Below, piece by piece: positions 13,201-25,200 of a stretch of 64,000 nt of DNA (its first letter is position 1; every line of letters begins with the position of its first letter). The DNA comes from Torpedo marmorata (Eukaryota), in NCBI GenBank assembly GCA_977017645.1, contig OZ360244.1, positions 40,362,001 through 40,426,000 on the forward strand, read 5' to 3'. The translations under genes and the position numbers were made by a program. The notes under the pieces were generated by a model. The model saw only the letters and a program-made list of their open reading frames with translations. It was not told the DNA's origin and did not search any database.

Positions 13201-16200
13201 AATGACAGTTCTTCTCTTTGTTGTGCCACGTTTATTAGACTAATTAATCTAGCGATATTATCTTTTGAATATCTGTTTCTAATAAAGCCTGCCTGATCTC
13301 CATGGACTAAGACTGGTAAGAACTTAGCCACTCTGTTTGCTAAAATTTTCGCCATTATTTTATAGTCCACATTTAACAACGATATTGGTCTATATGATTC
13401 TGTTCTCAACAAGTCTCTATCTCTTTTCGGTATAACTGTTATTAATGCATTGGTGAAGGATTCCGGTAGAGAATGGGTTTCTGTTATTTGTTTTAACACC
13501 TCCATATAAGGAGGGATCAATAAGTCCTTAAATTTCTTATAAAACTCTGATGGGAAACCATCCTCCCCCGGAGATTTCCCACTTGTCAAAGAACTAAGAA
13601 CCCCATCGACTTCCCTCATCGTAAATGGTGAATCTAAAGATTCTTTACTAAGTGTATCTAACCTGGGCATCTTAATTTTGGATAAAAATGTGTTAATTTT
13701 AGAATCATCTTTCTCGGCTTGAGATGTATATAAATTCAAATAAAAATCTTTGAAAGAATCATTTATTTCTCGCGGTTTATAAGTTATTTTCTTAGAATTC
13801 TTTTTTATAGCCGTTATAGTTCTAGAGGTTTGTTCCTTCTTTAATTGCCAGGCTAAAACTTTATGAGCTCTTTCTCCCAGTTCATAGTACCTTTGCTTAG
13901 TCCTTTCAATGAGTTTTTCCAATTTATGTGTTTGTAACGTATTATAATATAACTTTTTCCCAATTAAATCTTTCTTCTTTTCTTCTGATCTCTTCTTTTG
14001 TAGATCCTTCTCCAAAAATTCAATCTCCTTCTCCAAATTATCAAATTCCTGAATATTTTCCTTCTTAACTTTTGCTGAATAACTTATTATCTGACCTCTT
14101 AAATAAGCCTTCAAAGCATCCCAAATAATAAATTTGTTATCCATGGAATCCGTATTAATCTGTAAAAATTCCTGGATTTCTCTTCTTATATATTTACAAA
14201 AATCCACTCTCTTTAGTAAAGAAGAGTTAAACCTCCATTTATATATAATTTTTTCTTTTTCTGGAATTATGCACAACATTAATAAAGGCGAGTGGTCAGA
14301 AATTAATCTAGCCTTATATTGTACTTGAGTCACCCTATCCTGTAATTGTGATGACAGCAAAAACATGTCTATTCTAGAATAAGAATCATGTCTAGAGGAA
14401 TAAAAGGAGTAATCTTTTTCTCTCGGATTCAACTTCCTCCAAATATCAGTTAGATTCAGGTCTTCCATCATCGTTAGAATTCTCTTTGCAGTTTTAGTTC
14501 TAATAATTGATTTGGATGTTTTATCCATTACTGGGTCCAAGCAACAATTAAAATCTCCACCAATTAAAATATTATCATATGCCTCTGACAGATGCATAAA
14601 GGAATCTTGAATAAATTGATCATCTTGCGTATTCGGCACATATATATTCATAAGAGTCCACATTTCTGAGTATATCTGACAGTTTATTAAGACGTATCTT
14701 CCTGACCCATCAGTAACCACTGAGTGTATTTTAAGGGGTAGCTTCTTATTAACTAGAATAGCGACCCCTTTAGCCTTGGAATTAAATGAAGACGCCACCA
14801 CTTGACCAACCCAATCTCTTTTCAACTTCTGATGTTCTAAATCAGTCAGATGCGTCTCCTGTAATAAAGCTATGTCTGCCTTCAATTTTTTGATGTATGC
14901 TAAAGTTTTCTTCCTTTTAATAGGGTTATTGAGCCCATTTATATTAATACTAACTACATTTATTAATTTACTGTCTGCCATTGCTGATGTACAGTAACTT
15001 TCTCTCCCTCGGATCCGCTGGCTCCCCCCCCCACATCTGTAAACTATTTGACACCTCCTTAGAAGAAAAAAGAGAAAAGGATATAAAAAGAGAATAGAGA
15101 ACTAGAGAACCCCCTATATATAATACTGGTAAACTTACACCAGTACTACCCCCTTCCATTGCTCGGGAAGTGGCCCTCGCCACTAAAATGACGCGCGACT
15201 AGGTCAAGTAAGACCAGAAGTCCACCTCCCCCATACGGATTCCGAACAAATTATGTTATCGTCTCTTCGTCAAACAACTCCAAGATTCCTATTAACTTAA
15301 TCTTCATCGGTTACTACCCCAACGACATGTTCCAAAACTCTTGACGAGAGCAATTTTAAGCCAGTCAGATGGTTTGGTGACGCTCCGTAGAACCTTGACC
15401 TTTCTTTGAGTCCGGAAGCCTATTTGCATGACGTAAAGCTTCTTGGGGATCAGTAAAGAACATTGGTTGGTTCTCTGCAGACTGCACTCTCAATGTCGCA
15501 GGATACCTAAAAGAAAATTTATAACCTTTTCCCCACAAAACCGCTTTCGCCGGATTAAATTCCTTCCGTTTCTTTATGATTACCGAGCTCAAATCTGCGT
15601 AGAAAAATACCCTGCTCTTATCGATTCTTAACGGGCCCTGCTGAATTCTTGCCTTTTGAATAGCCAATTTCAATATTTTTTCCTTATCCTGATATCTCAG
15701 GCATCTAATTAGAATTGAGCGTGGCCTTTGATCAGGATATGGTTTCCTCCTACTATCCCTGTGGGCTCTGTCCAGTTCAAGTCCATTCGGAAAGTGATCC
15801 TTTCCTAAGGTCTGCGGGATCCAGTCTTGAAAAAAAGTAGTTGGATTGGTTCCTTCAAAATCCTCGGGCAGTCCCACAATTTTAATATTATTTCTACGGC
15901 TTTGATTTTCTAATACATCTAATTTTTGTAACAATTCATTCTTTTGCAGCTCCCAACCCGTGAACGAATCCTCCACTTTGTCCACTCTGTCTTTGTAGTC
16001 CACCAAATCTTCGTCGTGTTCCTCAACCTTTTCCTCAATTTTCTTAACCCTCGATGACACTTTATCCACAATGTCTGAATGCTTCTTCATATCTTCTTTA
16101 ACAGCTTTTATTTCTTCCCTAATTGCTTTAAATCCATATTGCATACGCTGATTTAGAGATGCAACTTCTTTTGTTAACCTGTCCATTGCTTCTATCATTG

Positions 16201-19200
16201 ACTTTGCTAACTCTTGCCCACCTAAAAGCATTGGAGCCTCCTCTTCATCACTTTCTTCTTCCTCCCCCTCTCTCTCCATCTCTTGTAGTCCTTCTTCCCC
16301 TTCATGTTCTTCTTGTTCCTCTCTTCTTCTTTTCCCTGGATCTGCCGACGTTAGAATGCCCTGCTCAGCCTCACAGCTGAGCATTAGCGTTGAACTGTCA
16401 CTGTCAGCTGTGGCTGACAGTTCTCGAACGTCTTCGCGCATGCGCGTCGTTCCGCGCATGCGCAGTGGGTCCGCCGGAAGTGGCCCGACCGGAAGTTGTA
16501 GTTCTTTACAACTCCGGGCCCCAGCGCCATTTTCCCCAGTTCCCCGGGAGGGCGGTGTTGGTGCTCCAGGTACCTTCGCCGTCTTCTTCTGTGTCTTCCG
16601 CGGGGGGAGAGGAGCTTGTTCCCGAGGCTCCAACAACAAGGTAGGCCGATTTTTCTCTTGACCTAAACTTTCCCTTAACACTGTTTTCTTTAATTTCCCT
16701 TCCTTCATTCTTTTACTGGACATCCCTGAACCTTTCCTCCACACTTTAACTTAATTTTAATAACCCTAACTTCCTTTTCGTCTATTTTTAATTAAATCCG
16801 TTGGGAGAGGTGTAATGACCCGTCTCCACCTCACGTCATCACGTGACACCCCCTCATCATGTATTTAATCTGACAATAAATCTGAACTATGAACTTTGAA
16901 CAATTTAAACCTTGTGCAGAGATTGCGGAGAAAAAGCTTTGGGTTAACAAATCCTATTTGCATTTGAACAGGGTCCGAAACAACCGTTCAGGTGACAACA
17001 GTGGGAACGACTCCATCAGAAACTTCAACATTAACAAGCACGACAGTTGTTTCCACTTCACTCACCGGAACACCAACCTCAGAAGGTAACGAGAAAGTCA
17101 AATATTGATGAAATTCAGGGCGTAGATGTTGATTTTAAGGAGATGTAATGGAGAACCAGATCAGCTTCAATTGACCGTTTATTTTACAACCGATCACTGG
17201 TGCTGTGGGGTTAAACGTTGGATGGGGAAGGGAAATCTGACAAGATGCACAAATCTCACTCAAGGGTCCATATTTTTAACGGAAAGCACAACATGTGGAG
17301 AGCAGTCAACGACGGGATCACCTTCCACTGAGAAACCAACATCAACGAGCAGTCCGTCTGTTTCAAGCCCATTCACAGGATCCTCCTCTTCAGTAGGTAA
17401 ATGGAAGAGATCAAAGCCCTTTCCCCAAATTTGTTCCTCAATCACTTCTGCGACAACTGAGAGTGCAGAACAAAACATAGAAGAGACGATTTAAAAACAA
17501 ACCGGTCCACTGAAAACGGCGATAGTTAAAGGCTTTGTGCAGCAGTTAGGGCAGAGTTTCAGCATGCAACCCAGATGAGGACCAGAATGTTCGGAGTGGT
17601 CACAGGGATTAACGCGGGGAGCAATTGAAGGTTTACGATACACTTTGTGACAAGTATCAGAAATTTGACATGGACGTGCAGCTTTTCTATAATTCTTGAA
17701 CGATACCTTGACATAATGTCCAGCATTTGCCACATATCAGTTGTTTTGATCACCTGTTGGCTAAAAAATCTATACAGCACCAGCAATTGAAATGCACGTT
17801 TCCACTCCATTGCAAAGAAAGGCAACATTGGAAGGTTAGATGTCCCATTGTGACTCCAATCTATGAGTTCCTGAGTCGCAGGAGAATCTGTAACTTCTGA
17901 CAATTTGTTTTCCAAATCTGGACTCTGATTACATTTGGAGAACTTAACACACTCAACACTATTAGTAGAAATTCTGCCTGCACCGCAGGAAAAAGAATCT
18001 CAGGGTTGTATGTGATGTCATTTATGTACTCTAACAATAAATCTGAATTATGAATTTTGAACAATTTAAACTTTGTGCAGAGATTGCGGAGAAAAAGCTT
18101 TGGGTTAACAAAACCTATTTGCATTTGAACAGGGTCCGAAACAACCGTTCAGGTGACAACAGCGGGAACGACTCCATCAGAAACTTCAACATTAACAAGC
18201 ACGACAGTTGTTTCCACGTCACCCACCAGAACACCAACCACAGAAGGTAACGACAAGGTCAAATATTGATGAAAATCAGGGCGTGGATGTTGATTTTAAG
18301 CAGATGTAATGGAGAAACAGATCAGCTTCAATTGACCGTTTCTTTTACAACCGATCACTGGTGCTGTGGGGTTAAACGTTGGATGGGGAAGGTAAATCTG
18401 ACACGATGCACAAATCTCACTCGAGGTTTCAAATTTTTAACAGAAAGCACAATAAGTGGAGAGCAGTTAATGACGGGATCACCTTCCACTGAGAAACCAA
18501 CATCAACGAGCAGTCCGTCTGTTTCAAGCTCATTCACAGGATCCTCCTCTTCAGCAGGTAAATGGAAAAGATCAAAGCCCTTTCCCCAAATTTGTACCTC
18601 AATTACCTTTGCGAGAATTGAGAGTGCAGAACAAAACATAGAAGAGACGATTTAAAAACAAACCGGTCCACTGAAAACGGCGATAGTTAAAGGCTTTGTG
18701 CAGCAGTTAGGGCAGAGGTTCAGCATGTAACCCAGATGAGGACCAGAATGTTCAGGGTGGTCAAAGGGATTAACGCCGGGAGCAACTGAAGGTTTACGAT
18801 ACACTTTGTGACAAGTATCAGAAATTTGACATTAACCATATAACCATATAACAATTACAGCACAGAAACAGGCCATTAGGCCCTGCTAGTCCGCACCGAA
18901 CCAAACACTCCTCTCTAGACCCACCTACCTGCACCCTGCCCATAACCCTCCACCTCCTTCTCATCCATATACCTGTCCAACTTTTTCTTAAATAATAAAA
19001 TTGACACTGCCGCCACTACTTCTCCCGGATGCTCATTCCACACCGCTACCACTCTCTGAGTAAAGAAGTTCCCCCTCATGTTACCTCTAAACCTCTGCCC
19101 CTTAACTGTTAGCTCATGTCCTCTTGTTTCAATCTCTCCTACTCTTTTTTTTTTAAAAATATTTTATTTAAAATTTTAAATCACACAATACACAATTCAA

Positions 19201-22200
19201 AATATATAATTTCCATAATACAAGTGATATAAATTTCCTCCCCCCAAACCCTCCGACCCTTCCCTAACCCCCCCAACCCCACTAATCTAAAAATAGTGAA
19301 AAAAAAAGAGAAAAAGAAAAAAAAGAAAAATAGATTAATATTGAGGAGAGAACCATCTAAAAACTTATTTTATCCTGGAGGTTAAGCTCGCCAATAGACC
19401 TGATTTCTAGAGATTTCAAATCCTTAAACCCGTAACTCTCATATATAGGCTCCAAATTTTAAAAAAAGAATGGTATTTATTACGTAAATTATAAGTAATT
19501 TTTTCCAAAGGAAAACACGAACGAAGTTCTGCATGCCACCTATCTAAATTTAAATCTAAATCTGATTTCCAAGTAATAGCAATACATTTTTTTGAGACAG
19601 CTAAAACAATTTGCAAAAATTCTACCTGATATATATTCAGTCTATTCCTAATACTAAATTTTCTAATATCTCCAAATAAAAATAACATAGGTTCCATTGG
19701 AAACATAACATTAAAAACTTTCTCTAAAAAATTCTTAACTTTCAGCCAAAAATCTTGAATCTTTGGACATAACCATGTAGAATGGACAAAAGAACCTACT
19801 TCATTCTTACATCTAAAACACAAATCCGACAAAGTCGGGTTAAATTTCTTTAATTTTTTTGGTGTTAAATATAATTGATGAAAAAAATTATATTGTACTA
19901 ATCTATATCTAACATTAAAAACTTTAGTCATACTTAACTTACATAAATCTTCCCAATGTTTTTCAGCTATATTTACATTTAAATCTAATTCCCATTTTAA
20001 TCTTGATTTATGTAATCCTACTTTAGGCAATTTCCTCTGGAATAATTTATACATTTGAGAAATAAACTTATTAACATTTGCTTTAGTTATTAATAATTCT
20101 AACTCATTATGTCTTGGAGCAATCAAATCTTCTCCTAATTTCTCAACCAGAAAAGCTTTAACTTGATAATAAGATAACCATATATTATCTAATACATTAA
20201 ATTTTTCCTTCAATCTTTGAAACGTAACAAATCTTCCAGCCTCAAAACAATCTTTAAAATTCTTAATTCCTTTTTGAAACCATGTTTTCAATAACTGATT
20301 ATTCATAGTAAATAATAAAAGTGGATTTTGATATAATGGCATATTTAAAGAAATTAATCCTCTCCCACCTATTTCTTTATCTACTTGTGTCCATATTTCC
20401 AACAAGTGTTTAATAATCGGTGAATTTTACTTTTTTACTAATAATAATTTAGAATTCCACTTATAAATAATATCCTCTTTATGATTTTCTCCTATATTAT
20501 TTAATTCTATATTAACCCAAGCAGAAGTTTTAGCTAAATCAAAAAATTCATTAACAAATTTTAATTGAGCTGCTTTATAATAATATTGAAAATTAGGAAG
20601 TTGCAATCCTCCCATCTCATAATTCCATGTTAACTTATCCATACTCACTCTTGCTAACTTCTCTTTCCATAAAAATTTCCTAATTATAAACTTTAAATCT
20701 TTAAAAAAAATTTTTGGAATTCCAAAAGGAATTGATTGAAAAAGATATTGAATTCTTGGAAAAATATTCATCTTAATACAATTTACTCTCCCCATTAAAG
20801 TTATAGGTAAATCTTTCCAATTTTCCAAATCTTTCTTTATTTTCGTAAATAAAGGTACATAATTTAATTTTTACAAATTTTCTAATTTCGTATCCACCTT
20901 AACTCCCAAGTATTTAATTCCTTCTTTTGCCCACTTAAATTCCGTAACTTCTCTACACCTAGTATAATCACCTTGACAAAAAGCCATTATTTCACTTTTA
21001 TCTGAATTAATTTTATACCCAGATATTTCACCATATTCTGTTAATATAATAGCTAGTTGTTGAAGTGATGTAATTGATTTCGTCATATATATTAATACAT
21101 CATCTGCAAACAAACTAATCTTATGCTCTTCCATGCCGACTTTAATCCCTACTATATTAAGATCTGTCCTAATCAATTCAGCTAAAGGTTCTATTGCCAA
21201 AACAAATAAAGCTGGCGATAAAGGACATCCCTGTCTCGTAGAACGCGTTAAAGAAAATTTTGGCGATATCTGTCCATTTGTAATTACTTTAGCTGTAGGT
21301 TCCTTATATATAGTCTTAATCCAATTTATAAAAATATTCCCAAAACAAAATTTCTCTAACACCTTAAATAAAAAATTCCATTCTAATCTATCAAAAGCCT
21401 TTTCTGCATCCAACGTTACCACCAATGGTAAATCCTGTTTCTTTTTGTGTAAATTAATTAAACTTAATAATCTAGCTATATTATCTTTTGAATATCTATT
21501 TTTAATAAAACCAGCTTGATCTAAATGTATCAAATTTGGTAAATATTTAGCTATTCTATTGGCCAAAAGTTTTGCCATAATTTTATAATCTACATTTAAT
21601 AAAGAAATAGGTCTATATGACTCAGTTTTTAATACATCTCTATCTTTCCTTGGTATAACCTAATAATAGCATTCAAAAAAGATTTTGGTAATAAATGAGT
21701 TTCCGTAATCTGATTCAATACCTCCATATATGGAGGTATTAATAAGTCTTTAAATTCTTTATAAAATTCTACTGGAAAACCATCATCACCAGGAGATTTA
21801 CCACTTTTCAACGTCGATAGAACTTCATTAACTTCTCTCATCGTAAAAGGTAAATCCAAAGAATTTTTATTTTGAATATTTAATTTAGGTAAAGTAATTC
21901 TAGATAAAAATCTAATCTCTCCTACTCTTAACGGAAATAGTCTATCCACATCCACTCTGTCTATCCCTTTCATAATCTTAAATACCTCTATCAAATCCCC
22001 TCTCAACCTTCTATGCTCCAAAGAATAAAGACCTAATCTGCTCAATCTCTCCTTGTACTCAAGAGGTTTAAACCCAGGTAACATTCTGGTAAATCTTCTC
22101 TGCACTATCTCCACTCTGTTGATATCCTTCCTATAATTTGGCGACCAGAACTGCACACAGAACTCTAAATTAGGCCGCACCAACGCCTTATATAATCTCA

Positions 22201-25200
22201 ACATCACTTCCCAACTCCTATATTCTATGCAATGATTGATAAAGGCCAGCATACTAAAAGCCTTCTTCACCACCCTATTCACATGAGTTTCTACCTTCAG
22301 GGAACGATGCACCATTACTCCTAAATCTTTCTGCTCTTCTGTATTCATCAATGCTCTCCCATTTACTACGTATGTCCTGTTCTGATTCTTCTTACCAAAA
22401 TGAAGCACCTCACACTTATCAGCATTAAACTCCATTTGCCATTTTTCAGCCCACTTTTCTAAGCAGCCCAAATCCCTCTGCAATCCTTGAAAACCTTCTT
22501 CATTATCCACTATTCCACCTATCTTAGTATCGTCTGCATATTTACTAATCCAGTTCACCACCCCATCATCTAGATCATTAATGTATATAACGAACAACAA
22601 TGGGCCCAATACAGATCCCTGAGGCACACCGCTGGTCACCGGCCTCCAACCTGACAGACAATTATCCACTACCACTCTCTGGCCTCTCCCTTTCAGCCAA
22701 TGTTCAATCCATTTGACTATCTCAAAATTTATACCTAAAGACTGCACCTTCCTAACTAACCTTCCATGTGGTACCTTATCGAAGGCCTTACTGAAGTCCA
22801 TATAGACAACATCCACCGCGCTACCCTCATCCACATTCCTAGTCACCTCTTCAAAAAATTCAATCAGATTGGTCAAACAGGACCTTCCGCTCACAAATCC
22901 GTGTTGAGTGTTCCTGATCAGACCCTGTCTATCCAGATATTTATAAGTACTATTACGGTGACTTCGATCCACCAATAGTCACCTGGAGGCTAAGTGTGGT
23001 CCTTTTCTTTGACGCGTTTTAATCAATTTACCAACAAAGTCCAAAATGTTCAAAAACCTTTATTTACATTTGACTTGCAGTAATCTTCAAGTGACTTTAA
23101 TATAAACAGTTCTTGAAATGATGTAAAACAATGTAAAACGATCTAAAACGATGTAAAACGTCTAAAACGGTCAATAAAGATGTGGAGACCTCACTCACCC
23201 TCCTAACATCTCATTCCTTTCTTTTTCTAGAAGCTTCGCACCTCCTCCGTCGCTCCTAAACCCCCTGCGCACCCTCCACCGCGCATACTACATTTCCCAG
23301 ACTCCCACGCGCACCATGACGTCACTCCACACTGCGCATGCACCCGTCGGCACTCCAGCGCATGCGCAGAGCACAGAACGGGCCGATGACGGCCCTGGCT
23401 GACAACGCGAGCGCTCCAGAAGCTGACGAGGCGCCGGAGCGCCGCAGCAAGGTAAGTTAAATGAGCCTACGGCTCTTACACCGGCCCCTAATTATTATAA
23501 TTAGAAGCAATGTCTTTAATAATAATTACACTATAAAATTATAATAACAATAACCGTAACATTCAACAATACAAATCTTCTTTCTTCCTTCTTCATAAAT
23601 CTAGAGTTTACCATTACTCTGATTCAACAAAAGTCTGTAAATAACAACAAATAAAGTCAGTTTACATTTATCAAAGTTCCTCTTTTGTCAACAAAAGACA
23701 GACCTTGTTAATAGGTCTGTTTAGAAAACCAGTCTTAGCTTTAATTCGCACTTGACGCACAAGTCCTCTTTTGTCTTGAAAAGTCTCAATAATTTTTCCA
23801 AGTAACCAGGAGTTTCCCGAAGTTGAACCATCCATAATAATCACAATGCCTCTTTAAAGTTCTTTTATCTCTATAATCTTTGAGTTAAAACGTCAACCAG
23901 TAAACTTCAAATCTTCCTCAGATAAAATAGATACAGTTTTTCTTTTGAATTTAACACAAGGCACTTCTTCGACATGTCGTTTCACTTTATTTCTTTTTTC
24001 AGTATTCCACTTCTCATGTGAAGAATTTAAACTCCTAGAACTAGAATTTGAATATTTATTTGATCCTTTCGATTTTAAACAGGTCTGTTTAACCACTCTG
24101 GTTTCTATGGCTCTTTCCTGCAATTCTAAATCCAATTTTGCAACTTTCAATTCGGTCTCAGTTCTTTCCGAGAAATTAATAATTTGATCTGAAGTCAAAA
24201 TATCATGTGATACGTTGATATTTCCATTGTCAATCCTGTTGCGACAAACTTGAAATTTTTTAATTTCTTTATCTTGTTTGTTACATTTCTGCAATGCAAT
24301 ATCACATTCTTTCTGTATTGTTAATTGTTTTGTGTTATTAACCAATAACTTGTTCTCTTTCAAAACATTAATCTCTTCCTCCAACCTTTTACATTTTGAT
24401 AATGCTGAATCTCTTTCCTCAATAACTGTATTCATCTCTTCAGCAGTTATTCTTTTCTTCCGCTTTCTGACTTTGCGAGTTTTACTTACAATTAAATCTT
24501 TCTGTTTACTGTTTTCTTGATTATCTAATATTTCCAATTCCCCTTTCAACATTTTGTTCTCTGAATTCAATTGCATTAGATTATCATTCACATTATTCTT
24601 TATTCCATCAGCACAATTTTCTGTGTTTTCCAGTTTTACATCACATTGTAATCTTTCTTCATTAGCTTTGTCTGTTGTAATTTCTGAACTACAAAATCTA
24701 CATTCAGATTTGTTTTCAGTCACTTGTTTTATTCCTGTATTTGATTCAATTACACATGAATGATCAATAGTATTATTTGCAACATCTTCTAATACTTCAC
24801 TTTAATCCATTTCTGACGAAATTAATTCCTTCAATGTTGTTTTAAATACTAAAAATACGGCTTGGATTAATATAGAATTGAGTAATATAGGAGAAAGAAA
24901 TAAGGAAGATATTATTTATAAATGGAATTCTAAATTATTATTGATTAAAAAGAAAAAGTCACCGATTATTAAACATCTATTGGAAATTTGGAATCAATTA
25001 GATAATGAAATAGGACGAAAAGGATTAATTTCTTTAAATATACCATTATATCAGAATTTATTATTACCATTTTCTATTGATAATCAATTTTTAAAATTAT
25101 GGTATCAAAAAGGAATTAAGAAGATTAAAGATTGTTTTGAGGCAGGAAGATTTGTTACTTTTTCTAGATTGAAAGAAAAATTTGGAATAATGGATAATAC

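Larger units (their letters stand above)
10934..16853 (-). mobile_element. Full-length L1-clade LINE (~5.9 kb) with intact ORF1 and ORF2
   Basis: Poly(A) appears as a T-run from 10934; the 5' end reads GGGGGTGTCACGTGATGACGTG; two long ORFs; only a short, ambiguous TSD (about ATCAT). Confidence 0.95.

Noticed and set aside
21629-22975. 448-aa ORF that looks like a novel RT fusion
   Set aside because: It is a chance in-frame read-through from the BEL LTR end into the CR1 RT and then the nested L1. It has no ATG start of its own, and the junctions coincide with TSDs.
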